In this document: piece after piece, positions 14,097-31,020 of the stretch | Position numbering within the stretch: the first letter of the stretch is position 1 | Layout of the letters: each line of letters opens with the position of its first letter | DNA from: the human T2T-CHM13v2.0 reference genome, Homo sapiens | Reading direction: 5' to 3' (one strand) | DNA length: 64,000 bases | NCBI RefSeq assembly: GCF_009914755.1 | Contig: NC_060925.1 | Notes under the pieces: model-generated | What the model was told of the DNA's origin: nothing | What the model saw: only the letters and a program-made list of their open reading frames with translations | Databases searched by the model: none | Position numbers and translations under genes: made by a program

Positions 14097-14384
14097 GTGC
14101 AGTTTGGGAGGGTATGGGGGAATTCCAAGGCAGTTTTTTTTTTCCATGAAAATTCAATCTTAGGAACAAATGAAAATATTTTCTAGTCCTTAAGTTGATT
14201 TTGGAAATGCAAAGTCTTTAAAGAGAGAGAGGCACACTGATAGTTTATTCAAGTAGCTATTTGCTTGCTATTGTTTGCTTGACCAAAAAAGAAAATAAAA
14301 AAGCTTTAAAAATAGCTTTTCCTTTTGGTTTGTTCAATCTTCCTTGCCCCCTTACCTAAAGCAAAAAATGGATCAGCAACATAA

Positions 14385-16030
<1,646 letters not shown>

Positions 16031-16777
16031 TTCAGTATGGCCTAAGAGGTTCTCTGGGCTTTGAGTCCAAATTAAGCTCAGGCAAATTAGTACTTAGAAA
16101 AAAAAAATTTTTAACTTGTCATTCTTTCATTAATATGGAAAATGTGGTTAGGCTAACTTCACACATAGTTTGTGTATTCATTCAAGATTAGTAAATTTTT
16201 ATTTTCTTCACTTTTTAGTTCCAGATTTTATAGGACTCTCTTTGTGCTTTTCTCTGGGGTCACATCTTCCTTGTAATCACAGTCCTCTTGCTTTATATCT
16301 CTGGAGACTACTGAAAGAGATGAGGCATATTGGTTGAATTAACTCTGCAGCATACTATTGTACATATTCCTAAGGAAGCTGTATTTCAAGGAAAAGATGT
16401 ACTGGGGACTATTGGGGACTACATAAATCTTATTTCATCAAGAATATTAGAGTGGAGCTTTCTGTTTGTGTCTTCAAAGGCTTTCCTCCTCTCTTGACAG
16501 AGGTGCTGCTTTGCATAATTTGTGCTGCTGTTTTCTTTATTTACTCATCCTGACTTTCCCATGAGAATTATTTCCCTTCATACTGTTTTTTAATGGAAGA
16601 AAGTTAGGAATAAGCTTTTGAAAGCTAACCTTTTGTAAATACCACTCAAAATAGAATTAGTGTTGGATCCAGAAATAAGATGATATAGGTATATTAAGTT
16701 CTGCTTTTTTACTCAAAATGTTTTATGCTGTGCCAGTATTGTACCTTTCTTGTGCTTTACTTGTTTTTATTTTACAG

Positions 16778-16860
16778 GAGAGAGAAAACAAAAGCTATAT
16801 TAGTTCACTAGCACCCCGGAAGCTCAACAGCACAAGTGATATTGAAGAAAAGGAGAACAG
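16778..16860 (+). CDS. PPP1R12B: PPP1R12B coding exon (~exon 11)
   Basis: tttacag|GAGAGA...AACAG|gtaatc; 83 nt; ERENKSYISSLAPRKLNSTSDIEEKENR (MYPT-conserved STSDIEEKENR). Confidence 0.96.
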
Positions 16861-17329
16861 GTAATCCTAAAACCAGCCAAAAGATGGTCCTCATCCTCTT
16901 AGGTCTACTGGACATAGTCATCTCCTGGGCATTACTCTTCTGCATTTTTCCCTCAGGTGTCCTTACCACATTATGAATTGTTTATTCCTTCTGCTTAGAA
17001 CACCTCTCAACTCTTATATCCTTGCTTTGCTGGTTCTTTATTTTTCAAATTCTAACTCCAGGTTAGACATTACCTTCTTTAGGAAGTCTTCCCTGATTTT
17101 TCCACACATGCATTAGTTTTATTCTACCAGCAGGCTCTGTAAAGGTAGGGTCTGAGTCTGTCTGGTTTCTTAAGGACCCCTAGTTCCTAGCACAGTGCCT
17201 AACACATAGTAAACACTAAAATAATGTTATTTAATTAAATTGACCAACTTCTAATTTGTCAGAAGGTAAAATTAAAGTCTTCCTAATTAGTTAAAATAAA
17301 TATAGGGATTTTGAAGTATTGCTGCATCT

Positions 17330-17662
17330 CAGGGCAAATGTGATCTCAAACCTTAGCCAGCGGTATTGGCATTACCCGGGTACATTTTATTTTTATTAAA
17401 AATAATTTTCTTTAATAGAAGCAGGGTTTTGCTATGTTTCCCAGGATGGTCTCAAACTCCAGACCTCGAGTGGTCCTCCTGACTTGCCCTCCCAAAGTGC
17501 TGGGATTGTAGGTGTGAGCCACTGCTCCTGGCCTGGGTGCATGTTAGGACTCCAGAATCTCAGGCCCTACTCCAGATCTACTGAATTAGAATCTGCATTC
17601 TAACGAAATTCCCTAGGTGATTCAAATATTAATACACATTAAAGTTTGAGAAGGATTGTTCT
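17330..17662. mobile_element. MER5A interrupted by an Alu monomer
   Basis: cagaatctcaggccctactccagatctactgaattagaatctgcatt...aaagtttgagaag. Confidence 0.55.
17387..17535 (-). mobile_element. Alu monomer (FLAM-like)
   Basis: Left-arm sequence only. Confidence 0.75.
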
Positions 17663-17913
17663 AGAGAACCTTGTGAAGCATGGAAACCCATAGGTTTTGC
17701 AACAAAGACCCTGAGTTATCAATTGTGGATCAAAAATCCTAGTACAGCACTTTCCTGGATACCTTTTCATTTATAATGCTAAAGAGGCTTCCAGCAAGAC
17801 TTCTTTCCCTTTCCCCTTCTGTAGTAACTTTTTTTCTCGGTAACAGACTTCTTCATCTTCCCCCATCATTTCCTTATCTGCTTAACTTAAAAGCCACGTG
17901 CTACTAAGACTGA

Positions 17914-18219
<306 letters not shown>

Positions 18220-18518
18220 TGCAAAGCACTTTTTAAGTGAGGATCAAAAGTGACTTCTTATTACAAAAGGGTTAGAGACCTTTGACATGAGGAATTTGGT
18301 ACCTGTTGAAATTAATTGGTTCAAAGTTGATAAAAGAAAGCAGGCAGTAATACTTCTCTTCTGTACAGAAAACTGGTATATAAAACAGAATAACCTGAAG
18401 AATGTGTCTATTAGCCATGTTATAGTTTGCCTGTCTGGCTCTTCTCTCTCTGCATTGTATCATGGACAAAAACTGGTGGTAGGAATCAGTGTTTTGTTTT
18501 CCTTTCATGCTTCTACAG

Positions 18519-18644
18519 AGAATCAGCTGTTAATCTAGTGAGGAGTGGCTCCTATACCCGGCAGCTATGGAGGGATGAAGCAAAAGGAAATGAAATCCCA
18601 CAGACAATTGCTCCCTCCACCTATGTATCAACTTACTTGAAAAG
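18519..18644 (+). CDS. PPP1R12B: PPP1R12B coding exon (~exon 12)
   Basis: ttctacag|AGAATC...GAAAAG|gtacca; 126 nt, phase 2-2; ESAVNLVRSGSYTRQLWRDEAKGNEIPQTIAPSTYVSTYLK. Confidence 0.93.
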
Positions 18645-21117
18645 GTACCAGGCTCAAAGGGGGTGGGAGATGTTTCTTTCACTCTAGCCATGGGAAATGG
18701 GTAATGATTGTATGCCTTTTTATGTCCAATTAACACCGCAGAAATGAATCAAAATGAATTACTTTCAGGTTTCTTAGAATTAACATCTTGAATAATTTAA
18801 AATTTATTATCTTAATAATTGAATTAAAGTAAGCTAATTTCAGATTCTCACTACAGATCTGGCTTTATACTTTATCCTCTCCATCCTATTAAAACTTTCA
18901 ATCAGAAGTGGCTTTCAGTAATCTCTGGGCAAGACTGAATTTAAGTTATCCTTGTCCAGTAGCTGGTTCTCCTTATCTGAAACAGAGTAGTTCTCATCCC
19001 ATGTGCTATTTTTGGGGGGAGGAAGGGAGGGACACTATAAAGTGGTGGGGGGTGGGAAATGGGGACAGTTTTCTATTGCATTAAAGAAGTTTCATACTGA
19101 AGCCTGTTAATTTAGGGACTTGAGTTGTTTTTTTTCTTATGACTTTAATGGCCCTCAGATCCATCAAGATGTGAAACTCGCAAGTTTGGTGCAGAGAAGG
19201 TACATGGGTTTCCTTCTTTTCTCATCTGTATTCCCTTTTCTGCAATTATTTTCTTTGCCACATACTAGCCAGCAAACCAGGCACCTTTGCCAGAGCCATT
19301 AAGCTACAAAAATACTTAATATTTTAATTTGAACTCTGCTGCTAATGTGGAAGAATCTGTTTTTTATTGCTTACTTTGAATTCTTTCTTCACTTCCACTG
19401 TCTTCTCACACCATAGCCTTCATCATTAGGTTTTTTAGATGATTGGTTGGCTACCTTAGAAACAGGCCCTGGCCTAGACTAGATGAACACATTAACTCTT
19501 TGGAATCAACACTTATTTCCACTTGACAGAAAGACTTGTCAACTAGTTATTGTTGAAACATGGGAAATAGCTAGAAAACAAACAGTCACTGTTGCCTTTT
19601 AATGTTCTTCAGTTCTGTAGATACATTCTATAAGAAAGGGCTCAACTTTGGAAGTATGAAAGTTTGATGATCTCACTGATGCTTTATTACACAAAAGAGG
19701 TGTTTCTTGCTTTATGAGGCTATCACCTATTTGTCTTAATGGCTAAGGCCTTGGTCTTCCTGGATGCATTATTATTCATTATAGTTGAATCCAAGATCAA
19801 GAAAACTTTTCTAAGAAAACAATGTTCTAGATCAAGGGAAGGGAGAAAGCTGCCATTTAATTTCCAGGCATGGAGTTATTCTGTGGCGAGGTTGTTGATT
19901 TTTGTGATCCAAATAATCAGCAAATGGGTTGAGAGGCATTTGGTTTGATAGATGTAGTTTGGCAAAGTTACGGTGAACAGTGAAGGGACAGGCTGCCTCT
20001 ATTTAGGATCAAAAGCATGCTTAATGATATGAGCACTTTTTGAGGAAAAGATGTACAACTTGCTTCATATCTTGGATTTCCAAAGCTTTTCTCCTGTAAC
20101 CCTAAAGCATTTTTTGATTTTATAAAAACCTCTTATGGTCTTTTTAAAAGGAAAGAATCATATGCCATCACCATTTAAAAGAGCAAGTGTAAGGAGAAAT
20201 TTGTCATTTCCCAGCTATGCCAAACCTTCATATACATTCCATTTTCATCTTTGAAAATGAGAATGAGAGTTCATCTCTTGTGTATAGGCAGAAATTCCTT
20301 TCATATGGCCCATATTAAAATACCTCTTTTCCAAGGAAGGCTTTATAGCTTTTTTTGGTTATCTGCTCAAGTGTCTCATTTCTATTATAGTCAAGAAGTA
20401 TTTTTGAAATTTGAACCCAAATAATTTTTTCCTGCAATTGAGATGGTTCTTACCTGTCTTCAATCAAAACAAATACAAGTTGCCCTTTATTGCTCATACA
20501 GTATTACTTTCTAGACTTAAAACTAAATCCTCCCAGAGACAATTTTGCTTTAGGCTGAATAACTGCAGTTCTCAAAGTCATTTTTTTTCACAGAGCTTCT
20601 TTACTCTTTCCACTTTTAAATTTTAAATCTCTGCTCCACAACCTCTCCAAATTCTCTGGTCTTACTTTTGCTTTTGCAGTGCTAATTCTGTATCAGGTAG
20701 ACATTTGGGGTTGCATGATTATTTGCCTTGGGTTTGTTGGGAATTACTTTTTTCTAATAAAATTATCCTTTTTCCTATTATTCACTTTCTTAGCCTCTCC
20801 TCTTATCATATATTCTACTTTCCTGCTTTCCCTCATTCAGTATCATCTCTCTTCCTCCACGTTCCTTCACTCTTTTGGATGATTGACCAAAAAGACCATC
20901 CTTCAAAGAGTGATGATTCCTTCATTCTTTTGGATGATTGCCTGCTTGCTGCCAGTGACTCAGCTCTAGCTGGAGTTGATCACTTCACTTCCCAGTTGTC
21001 ATACCCTTTCTTTGGTCTATATTCATTTCAAGTGCACAATCTGGGTGGGAAGGTGGTGCTGGGAAATGGTGGGTGAGCAGCATGTCCTGAAGAAAGTGAC
21101 TGTGTGCTGTTTTGCAG

Positions 21118-21300
21118 TGCTTCATTTGGTAGAAGTAGTGACCCCACAAGTCCCTACATTTCAGCCAATCGCAATTCATCTCCTGCTACCTCACCCATTA
21201 CCATTGGTTCATCTACCTCTCGGGGCAGCCAGTGGCAACCTGCCTCTTCTTGCCCTGCACCAATCAGTGCAAACACTACTGCATCTGTACATCATGGCAG
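21118..21300 (+). CDS. PPP1R12B: PPP1R12B alternatively spliced in-frame cassette exon (central insert-like)
   Basis: ttttgcag|TGCTTC...GGCAG|gtaagg; 183 nt, phase 2-2, open frame SASFGRSSDPTSPYISANRNSSPATSPITIGSSTSRGSQWQPASSCPAPISANTTASVHHGR. Confidence 0.82.
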
Positions 21301-22244
21301 GTAAGGCTTCTTGAAGCCATTTGAGTTGCATTCATCAAAGTTAATGGCTCTGAAAACACATATGAAATTTGAACCAAAGAGACTTTATCACTATAAAAAC
21401 AAGTTAGAACTCCTGAGAAAATGTCTGAATTTAATGAAGATGCTTTTGCTTTGACTTGTATTAACCAGTCAACAGTTGCATATTGAATAATCAAAGGGTA
21501 TGTATAATTGTACTTGGTGTTTGGACATCAGCTTAATGTGACTGATTTCATCCCTCAACAACCTAACCAGTTGTGATTACAATTTAAGGATCATACTATT
21601 GTGGTAAATTAAATATTGAAAACATTTTCATATTTTACTTCTATTAATTTTCCAGTAATTATAATAGGAATCTCTTGTATTTAGTCTTTTAAATGACATG
21701 CAAACCCAAATCAGAAAGAAAGCTAACTCATTTTCCAAAAGCCTATGATAACCTTCTGAAAACTCCCAGCCAATGAGAGTATTTTGCTGGAAACATTGTG
21801 AGAAGGGACAGATTTGTGTTTGTCTAAACTGTGTTGTGGGGGCAGTATCTTCTTGGTTTCTAGTTCATCTAAGGGATAGCATGGTAGAATGTTACTGTGA
21901 AAGTACATTAGGACTTTAGCTGTAGTTTTAACTGTGGCTTTTAATCCTTTATGTGTGCTGGCAAAGGGTCTCTTTTTTTTGGGTCTGTGTCTACAACTGA
22001 TAAAGAAAATGAAAAAAATCTTAATGATAGTGTTGTTGCAGGAACACCAGTGATGGTGCTTGATTGATATTTGTCAGTTTACTAGATTTCTTTCCCTAAA
22101 ATAAGCGGTAATCATTAATTCAGCCAGGAGGGAAGGGTTTATGATGGATTATTAATAATAATACTGTATAATTATAGGTAAATTTATTAGGTCCTTATAA
22201 TAATCCAGTTGCATAGACATGTTAACTATTATCACCATAGCTGA

Positions 22245-22644
<400 letters not shown>

Positions 22645-22789
22645 GTATTACTATATTTTACATATATAATATTATATATTATATAATAATACTATATTGC
22701 TATTACTATAACTATTAAGAGCTGCAACTGAGAGAAAATAATTACAGCTGCCATTTGTTGGACCCCATTATGTGACAGGCATTTGGTTG

Positions 22790-23280
22790 GCTATTATACT
22801 GGGATTTAGTTTGCTCATATGTAACGATAAATCTAAATAGTAGTGGCTTAAATAAGGTAAAGGTTTTTTTTTTTTTCTTGCACTTAAGAAAGTCCAGAAA
22901 TATGCAGAGCTGGCTTAGTAGCTCCACAGTCATTAAAGGATCCAGGTTCTTTCGCTCCACAGTTCTTGCATCATGGCTGCCATTTCCATGGGTTGCCTGA
23001 TGGTCCAGAATAACTGCTGAAGCTATAGCTATCATGGCTGTACTCTAGGGAAGAAGGAAGAGGAAAGAAGGAAGCAGACAAAGAAAAAATGCTTCTGAAC
23101 TGAGAATTTTCCCAGAAGTACTAGTTGTCTGCATATGTCTCATTGGATACCTCTAGTGGCCAGGAGACTTTGAGAAGTGTGGACTTTTAACTAGGTATAT
23201 TGCTGCCCTCAATGATATAGGGATTCAGTTCATAAAGAAGAAAGGGACAATGGATATGGGTTAGACAACTAGCTGTCTCA
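22790..23280. mobile_element. Old MLT1 (J/K-like) LTR
   Basis: agtagtggcttaaataagg...aagggacaatggatatgggttagacaactagc pattern. Confidence 0.55.
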
Positions 23281-25074
23281 TGCATACATATATCATCTAT
23301 TCTCTTATAATGAGCCCCCTATTATATGAAGTATTATTTTATAGACGAGGAAACTCAGACCAAATGGTTAATCATCTGCCCAAGGTCACACAGCTAGTGA
23401 GGGCCTGAGATAGGATTTGAACTCAGATTTGTACATTTCAAAGCTCTTACCTATTTTGTCACTGTTTGTATCTGCTGAGTTTATATTTTATTCTGGGTAC
23501 TATTTTAGGTGTCCTGCAGACATTATTTTATTTAATCATTAGAAGAACCCTGTATTTTAAGGTGCCACTATCTCTATTTTATCAATGAAGAAGAGATCAG
23601 AGAGTCTACATTTAAGCAAATGTTGTGTTTCCAAAGCCCATATTTATCCTACTCCATTGCATATCCTCTGATCTCTGCTCTAGGGCTGTTCTTATTCTAA
23701 CAATCTACTTGTAAAATTACACTGCATTTCAAAATAATAGTAAAAGTCCTATTATGTAATTTAATAAAATAAAATCCTTGGCATTTCAAAAGCATAAGAA
23801 ATTACAGTGAGACCAAAACATGTTAGTAACCTAAAAAGAACTTCAGGTAAGGTTTGGTTAAGTGTAATTTTTTATAGCTGTGTGTCTAGCTAATTTTATT
23901 AGTACTTCCTATAGATTCGTATCTTGTAAGTCTGAGGAATTTTTTGCCTTTTCTTTTTTTGTTAAAAAAGACTATAAAATTTCACCTTTTTTCTTAGTCA
24001 TTAATTGCTTCTGGAGAAGTAGCATGTGTTTTTTTAGATATTACATGTATCTTTTAAAATATTCTGCCTTTATGTTTGTATCTAGGTACCATATTTATAT
24101 TTTTATGTTTTTATTATTTTTTTTCAAGCTTGTAATTTGATTATTTGGAAGTAAGCTTAGAGCTACCCGTGAACATTTCTGCTAATAATTGTGAGTAGGT
24201 GAAAAAAATAGATTTTTAATATTTGTGCTTTTCATTGCTTTCTCCATCTCTGTATCAGTTTTGGACCTCTGTTACCCCAGCAACAGCTGTGACATCACAA
24301 ATGATAGCTTTTTGGGTGGAGAGCCAATGGTTGCTCCCAACTCTTCGATAAGAAACAAAGGTCTTGTTTTCATGTAAATGAGTTTAATTATACAGCTTGC
24401 TGTTGAAAAGTCTGTGGTTAAGGATACTTATAGAATCCGGTTTGGTTTTTGTTTCAATTTCTCACTTTTGCAGTTATGAATATAGACAATTAGGCATTTG
24501 GTTAAATGGGAAGAGAGAGCAGTTGCTGAATTAGGTGAGGGAGAACTAAGCATACTGAGACTGTAGAGTATCAGTTGTCTCTGGATAATCCAAGAAGATG
24601 GTCATCAAATCTAGGCTGAGGACTACCACAAAGACTCCCACTGCCAAGAATTAAGGAACAGGTGGAGACTAATATTGTAAGTGACTTTAATGTCTTTTTC
24701 TTGTGTAGAGAGGCCATGTCTCCGTGTGCATGTGCAGAGACCAGGTGCTACTGGGGTGTCATTTAAAACACTCTTGCATATGTCACTATCTTGCCTTGTG
24801 CCATAGCTAATGATTTTTGTTAAAACAAAATCTCAGGCACACACATACACATACAAGTCTCATAAAATGTGACTCCTCAGGCAAAGGATGTCAGACTAAA
24901 CATGTAATTATACTATTCCAAGCTGTAAGAGCTCAAAATTAAGAAACCAACAAACAAAATCAGAGCGAGATTTCCTAGATGAACCACTCTTTAATCCTTC
25001 TGTCTCTGTGCCAGTGCTTTGTTGTATAGCATGCCTAACCATTTCCTTTCTGCTTGTATCTTTTTAAATTTCAG

Positions 25075-25257
25075 GACTCCTCACAAATCCCAGGCCGACA
25101 CAACAGCAGAGAAAACAGCAGACAATGTCTCTTCTAGCACCCCGCTCTGTGTGATCACCAATCGCCCTCTTCCTAGCACTGCCAATGGGGTTACAGCTAC
25201 TCCTGTGCTCTCCATTACTGGAACAGATTCCTCTGTGGAAGCCAGGGAGAAGAGGAG
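25075..25257 (+). CDS. PPP1R12B: PPP1R12B coding exon (~exon 13)
   Basis: atttcag|GACTCC...GAGGAG|gtatgt; 183 nt, phase 2-2; TPHKSQADTTAEKTADNVSSSTPLCVITNRPLPSTANGVTATPVLSITGTDSSVEAREKRR. Confidence 0.95.
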
Positions 25258-25311
25258 GTATGTTGAGTTACTGATTTCATTTGTGGGGCTCTGCTTTGAG
25301 GTAGACGATAA

Positions 25312-25661
<350 letters not shown>

Positions 25662-25745
25662 TGAAAATATATCTTTATATTATTGTTCTGTATTTTGTCT
25701 CTGAGCAGTCAGTTTTTGGTGACTCAATTATTTATGATTATTTAG

Positions 25746-26070
<325 letters not shown>

Positions 26071-27219
26071 TGTCGTTATGGATTTAAGCATATCTTTTTT
26101 CTGTTTGTCTTGTGATAGAGACAATTGTTAGGCATTATTTCACCATTTTGTAATGGAGAACCTGTGAAGCACAGAGAAGGATCTTTTGTTTTGTTATGGA
26201 TAGTCTACGTTGACTTCTCTGGCAGCAAAGAAAGGAAACAGTATGACACAAGGCTCAAAGAAATAGAACTAGGATATAAACTTTTGATTAATTTGAGAAG
26301 AATACCAGAAAAAGAAATGAATAATATGTGATGATATGGTAGAAGAATAGTGACTAGATATTCTGTAATTTCTTTAGAGAGAAGTTATGAGAGAATATTG
26401 TGAATTGACATAGAAGAGATTTAAGGTAGAAGCTAAGAAAAACTTTTTGATTGCCAGCATTAAGAGAAACATTAGAAAATGTGACCGAGCAAGAATGGGT
26501 CATTTTCTCCTACTTGAGGAAGTATTAAAAATAGAATGTACTGCATTTGGGAGTTTCAAATGTACTTAAAGACTAAGGCTATAATTATCCCTTGTTAAGA
26601 TTAGACCAGGTGAAATCTTATCAAAATTTAGATTTCAGTTTGACTTCATATTATTTTGAATATCCAAAGGAAGGAGCTTTTATATTTGTGTGTATTAAGA
26701 GATTGTCTTTTCTCCAATGTATGTTCTTGGCACCTTTGTCAAAAATGAGTTCACTGTAGATGTATGGATTTATTTCTGAGTTCTCTACTCTGTTCCACTG
26801 GTCTATATGTCTGTTTTTATGTCAGCACTATGCTATTTTGGTTATAATAGCTTTGTGGTATCATCTGAAGTCAGGTAATGTTATTCCAGTTTTGTTCTTT
26901 TTGCTTAGGGTGGCTTTGCTATTCTGGGTCTTTTGTAGTTCCATATGAATTTTAGGATTATTTTTTCTATTTCTGTCAAGAATAGCATTGGTATTTTGAT
27001 AGGGATTGTATTGAATCTGTAGATTGCTTTGGGTAGTATGGACGTTTTAACAATATTGATTCTTCCAGTCCATGAATATGGAATATCTTTCCTTTATTTG
27101 TGTGCTGTTTAATTTCTTACACCAGTGTTTTATAGTTTTCATTGTAAAGATCTTTTAGTTATTTGATTAATTCCTAGGTATTTTATTTTATTTGTAACTA
27201 CTGTAAATGGGTTTACTTT

Positions 27220-28697
27220 TTTTTTTTAATAGTAGTATGATTTATTTATTTTTTATTTTTTATTTATTTATTTTTTATTGATCATTCTTGGGTGTTTCTC
27301 GCAGAGGGGGATTTGGCAGGGTCATAGGACAATAGTGGAGGGAAGGTCAGCAGATAAACAAGTGAACAAAGGTCTCTGGTTTTCCTAGGCAGAGGACCCT
27401 GCAGCCTTCCACAGTGTTTGTGTCCCTGGGTACTTGAGATTAGGGAGTGGTGATGACTCTTAACGAGCATGCTGCCTTCAAGCATCTGTTTAACAAAGCA
27501 CATCTTGCACCGCCCTTAATCCATTTAACCCTGAGTGGACACAGCACATGTTTCAGAGAGCACAGGGTTGGGGGTAAGGTCATAGATCAACAGGATCCCA
27601 AGGCAGAAGAATTTTTCTTAGTACAGAACAAAATGAAAAGTCTCCCATGTCTACTTCTTTCTACACAGACACGGCAACCATCCGATTTCTCAATCTTTTC
27701 CCCACCTTTCCCCCTTTTCTATTCCACAAAACCGCCATTGTCATCATGGCCCGTTCTCAGTGAGCTGTTGGGTACACCTCCCAGACGGGGTGGTGGCCGG
27801 GCAGAGGGGCTCCTCACTTCCCAGTAGGGGCGGCCGGGCAGAGGTGCCCCCGACCTCCCGGACGGGGCGGCTGGCAGGGTGGGGGCTGACCCCCCACCTC
27901 CCTCCCGGACGGGGCAGCTGGCCTGGTGGGGGCTGACCCCCACCTCCCTTCCGGACGGGGTGGCTGCTGGGTGGAGACGCTCCTCACTTCCCAGACGGGG
28001 TGGCTGCCGGGTGGAGGGGCTCCTCACTTCTCAGACGGGGCGGCTGCTGGGCGGAGGGGCTCCTCACTTCTCAGACAGGGCGGCCGGGCAGAGACGCTCC
28101 TCACCTACCAGATGGGGTCGCGGCCGGGCAGAGGCGCTCCTCACATCCCAGACGGGGCAGCGGGGCAGAGGCGCTCCCCACATCTCAGACGATGGGCAGC
28201 TGGGCAGAGACGCTCCTCACTTTCCAGACGGGGTGGCGGCCGGGCAGAGGCTGCAATCTCGGCACTTTGGGAGGCCAAGGCAGGCAGCTGGGAGGTGGAG
28301 GTTGTAGCGAGCCGAGATCACGCCACTGCACTCCAGCCTGGGCACCATTGAGCACTGAGTGAACGAGACTCCATCTGCAATCCCGGCACCTCGGGAGGCC
28401 AAGGCTGGCGGATCACTCGCGGTTAGGAGCTGGAGACCAGCCTGGCCAACACAGCGAAACCCCGTCTCCACCAAAAAAATACGAAAACCAGTCAGGCGTG
28501 GCGGCGTGCGCCTGCAATCACAGGCACTTGGCAGGCTGAGGCAGGAGAATCAGGCAGGGAGGTTGCAGTGAGCCGAGATGGCAGCAGTACAGTCCAGCTT
28601 CGGCTTGGCATCAGAGGGAGACCGTTTAAAGAGGGAGAGGGAGACCGTGGGGAGACGGGAGAGGAGGAGGGGGAGGGGGAGAGGGAGAGGGAGAAGG
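27220..28697 (-). mobile_element. SVA retrotransposon (SVA_C/D-like), full structure with short VNTR
   Basis: On +: A-rich tail complement, SINE-R (atcattcttgggtgtttctcgcagagg), GC-rich VNTR, Alu-like region, (AGAGGG)n hexamer; TSD GGGTTTACTTT at 27209-27219 and 28698-28708. Confidence 0.95.
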
Positions 28698-28909
28698 GGG
28701 TTTACTTTCTTGATTTCTTTTTCAGATTGTTCACTGTTGGCAAATAAAAGTGCTAGTGACTTTTGTATGTTGATTTTGAATTCTGCAACTTTATTGAATT
28801 TTTCAGTTCTAATAGTTTTTTTGGTGGAGTCTTTAGGTTTTTCCAAATATAAGATTATCTATCTGCAAACTTCTTCCTTTCCAATTTGTATGTCATGTAT
28901 TACTTTCTC

Positions 28910-29052
28910 TCTCTCTCTCTTTTTTTTTTTTTAAATAGAGATGGGGTCTCACTGTGTTGTCCAAGCTGGTCTCAAACTCCTGGGGTCAAGCCATTTTCCC
29001 ACCTCTGCCTTCCGAAATGCTAAGATTACAGGCGTGAGCCACTGTGCCTGAC
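28910..29052 (-). mobile_element. Alu monomer inside L1
   Basis: Left-arm sequence with poly-T. Confidence 0.8.
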
Positions 29053-30691
29053 CTATTGCTTTCTCTTGTCCGATTGCTCTAGGTAGGACTTCCAGCACTA
29101 TATTGAATAACAGTGGTTGAAAGTGGACATCCTTGTCTTGTTTCAGATCTTAGAGGAAAGGCTTTCAGTTTTTCGCCATTCAGTATGATAATAGCTGTGG
29201 GTTTGTCATATATGGCTTTTAGTGTGTTGAAGTATGTTCCTTCTGTACCCAGTTTTTTGAGGGTTTTTATCATGAAAGGATGTTGAATTTTATCAAATGC
29301 TATTTCAGCATCAATTGAAATGATCATAGTGTTTTTATCTTTCATTCTGTCAATATGATATATCACATTGATTGACTTGTGTATCTTTGAACCATCCTTG
29401 CATCCCTGGGATAAATCCCACTTGGTCATGATGAATTATCTTTTTAATGTGTTGTTGAACTTGGTTTGCTAGTATTGGCCTGTAGTTTTCTTTTTTTGAT
29501 GTGTCTTTGTCTGATTTGGTATCAAGGTAATGTTGGCCTCATCAGATAAGTTTGGAAGTATTCCTTCCTTTTCTGTTTTTCAGAATAGTTTGAGTAAGAT
29601 TGGTATTAATTCTTCTTTAAGTGTTTGGTAAAATTCAGCAGTGAAGCCATCAGGTCCCACGTGAGTATGTATGTATGTGTAGTAAGTATAAAAGATACAA
29701 TACAAATTAAACAAGATGCAAGATACAATACAAATCGAACTTTTTATGTTTGCTTATTGTAAGGACAGGTCTAATATGTCTATTATAAAGACACTTTTTT
29801 TTTTTTTATAAAGACACATTTTGAGAAGGAAGGGAGATGTTGAGTTGGAAAATAGTGTTTTTCTTCTTCTTTTCTTTCCTGTCCTTTCTTTTTTCTTTTT
29901 TTCATTTCTTTACATAAAATGGAAGGAAACTAATTTCTGGGCTAACAGGTTTCAGAGCCAATAACTGTCTTTTCAAAATTGGTCTCCAGCCAAGGAAATA
30001 GTAATAAATCAATGTTGAATAGTAAATGCTTCTATACTTAATAGCTCAAATGTAATTTAGATACTATTAGTTTCACCTAGAAACTAAATGCAAAAGTAAT
30101 CTCTAGCTGACAAAAACTCTCTTTAAAAAATCTTTCTGAGCTGAAAGAAGTAAAATGAGTTAAATTCATCATTAAGAGCATGATCCCAGAAAGGATGGGG
30201 GAAATCAGGTAGTTTATAAAACTGCATTATTAAATACCTTGTTGCATGAACTGTTATTTGGAGAAACTTAGTTTTACTGCCTTCTGGAAATGTTGTAACC
30301 TACAATCAATAAGATAGTACCTGTAACAGAGACCAGATATATGAATCAAAGGGTTAAATCAAAATATTAGTGAATTATGAGTTGAATGTGGTACATCAAG
30401 TACAGGTCAAAATAAGTGCATTTTAGGAATGGCACAAGATAAGTAAGTAGGGAGATGTTAGATGTAGACTGGTTGGACTCATTCACTGGATATGTTCTAG
30501 CATTCATTCATCTTCAAAATACTTACTGAATATTTTAAAGTACCTGTTGCCAGGTGCTATGAGAAGCCCAGGTGATACATCAGTGAACCAGACAAATATG
30601 ATGTGAGCCCTTGTGAAACAAATATGCTAGTGAAAAAGAAAAATGTAAATAATTATATTTGTGTAATATAAAGAAGTAGTATGAGTTGTTA

Positions 30692-31020
<329 letters not shown>

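Larger units (their letters stand above)
26697..29660 (-). mobile_element. Old L1 (L1MA/L1PB-like) ORF2 fragment interrupted by the SVA and an Alu monomer
   Basis: ORF 29079-29429 encodes RT-domain [22 protein letters not shown]...RQGCPLS; L1 sequence is continuous across the SVA TSD. Confidence 0.88.

Noticed and set aside
19159-19199. Possible small exon (ctcag|ATCC...AGAAG|gtacat)
   Set aside because: 41 nt, poor polypyrimidine tract, weak donor
20680-20696. Possible micro-exon (ttttgcag|TGCTAATTCTGTATCAG|gtagac) with the same acceptor context as the cassette exon
   Set aside because: 17 nt would frameshift and the donor is weak; no further support
27447-28571. Cluster of 70-142 aa overlapping ORFs
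   Set aside because: All lie in the GC-rich SVA VNTR, Alu-like or SINE-R regions, where few stop codons are expected
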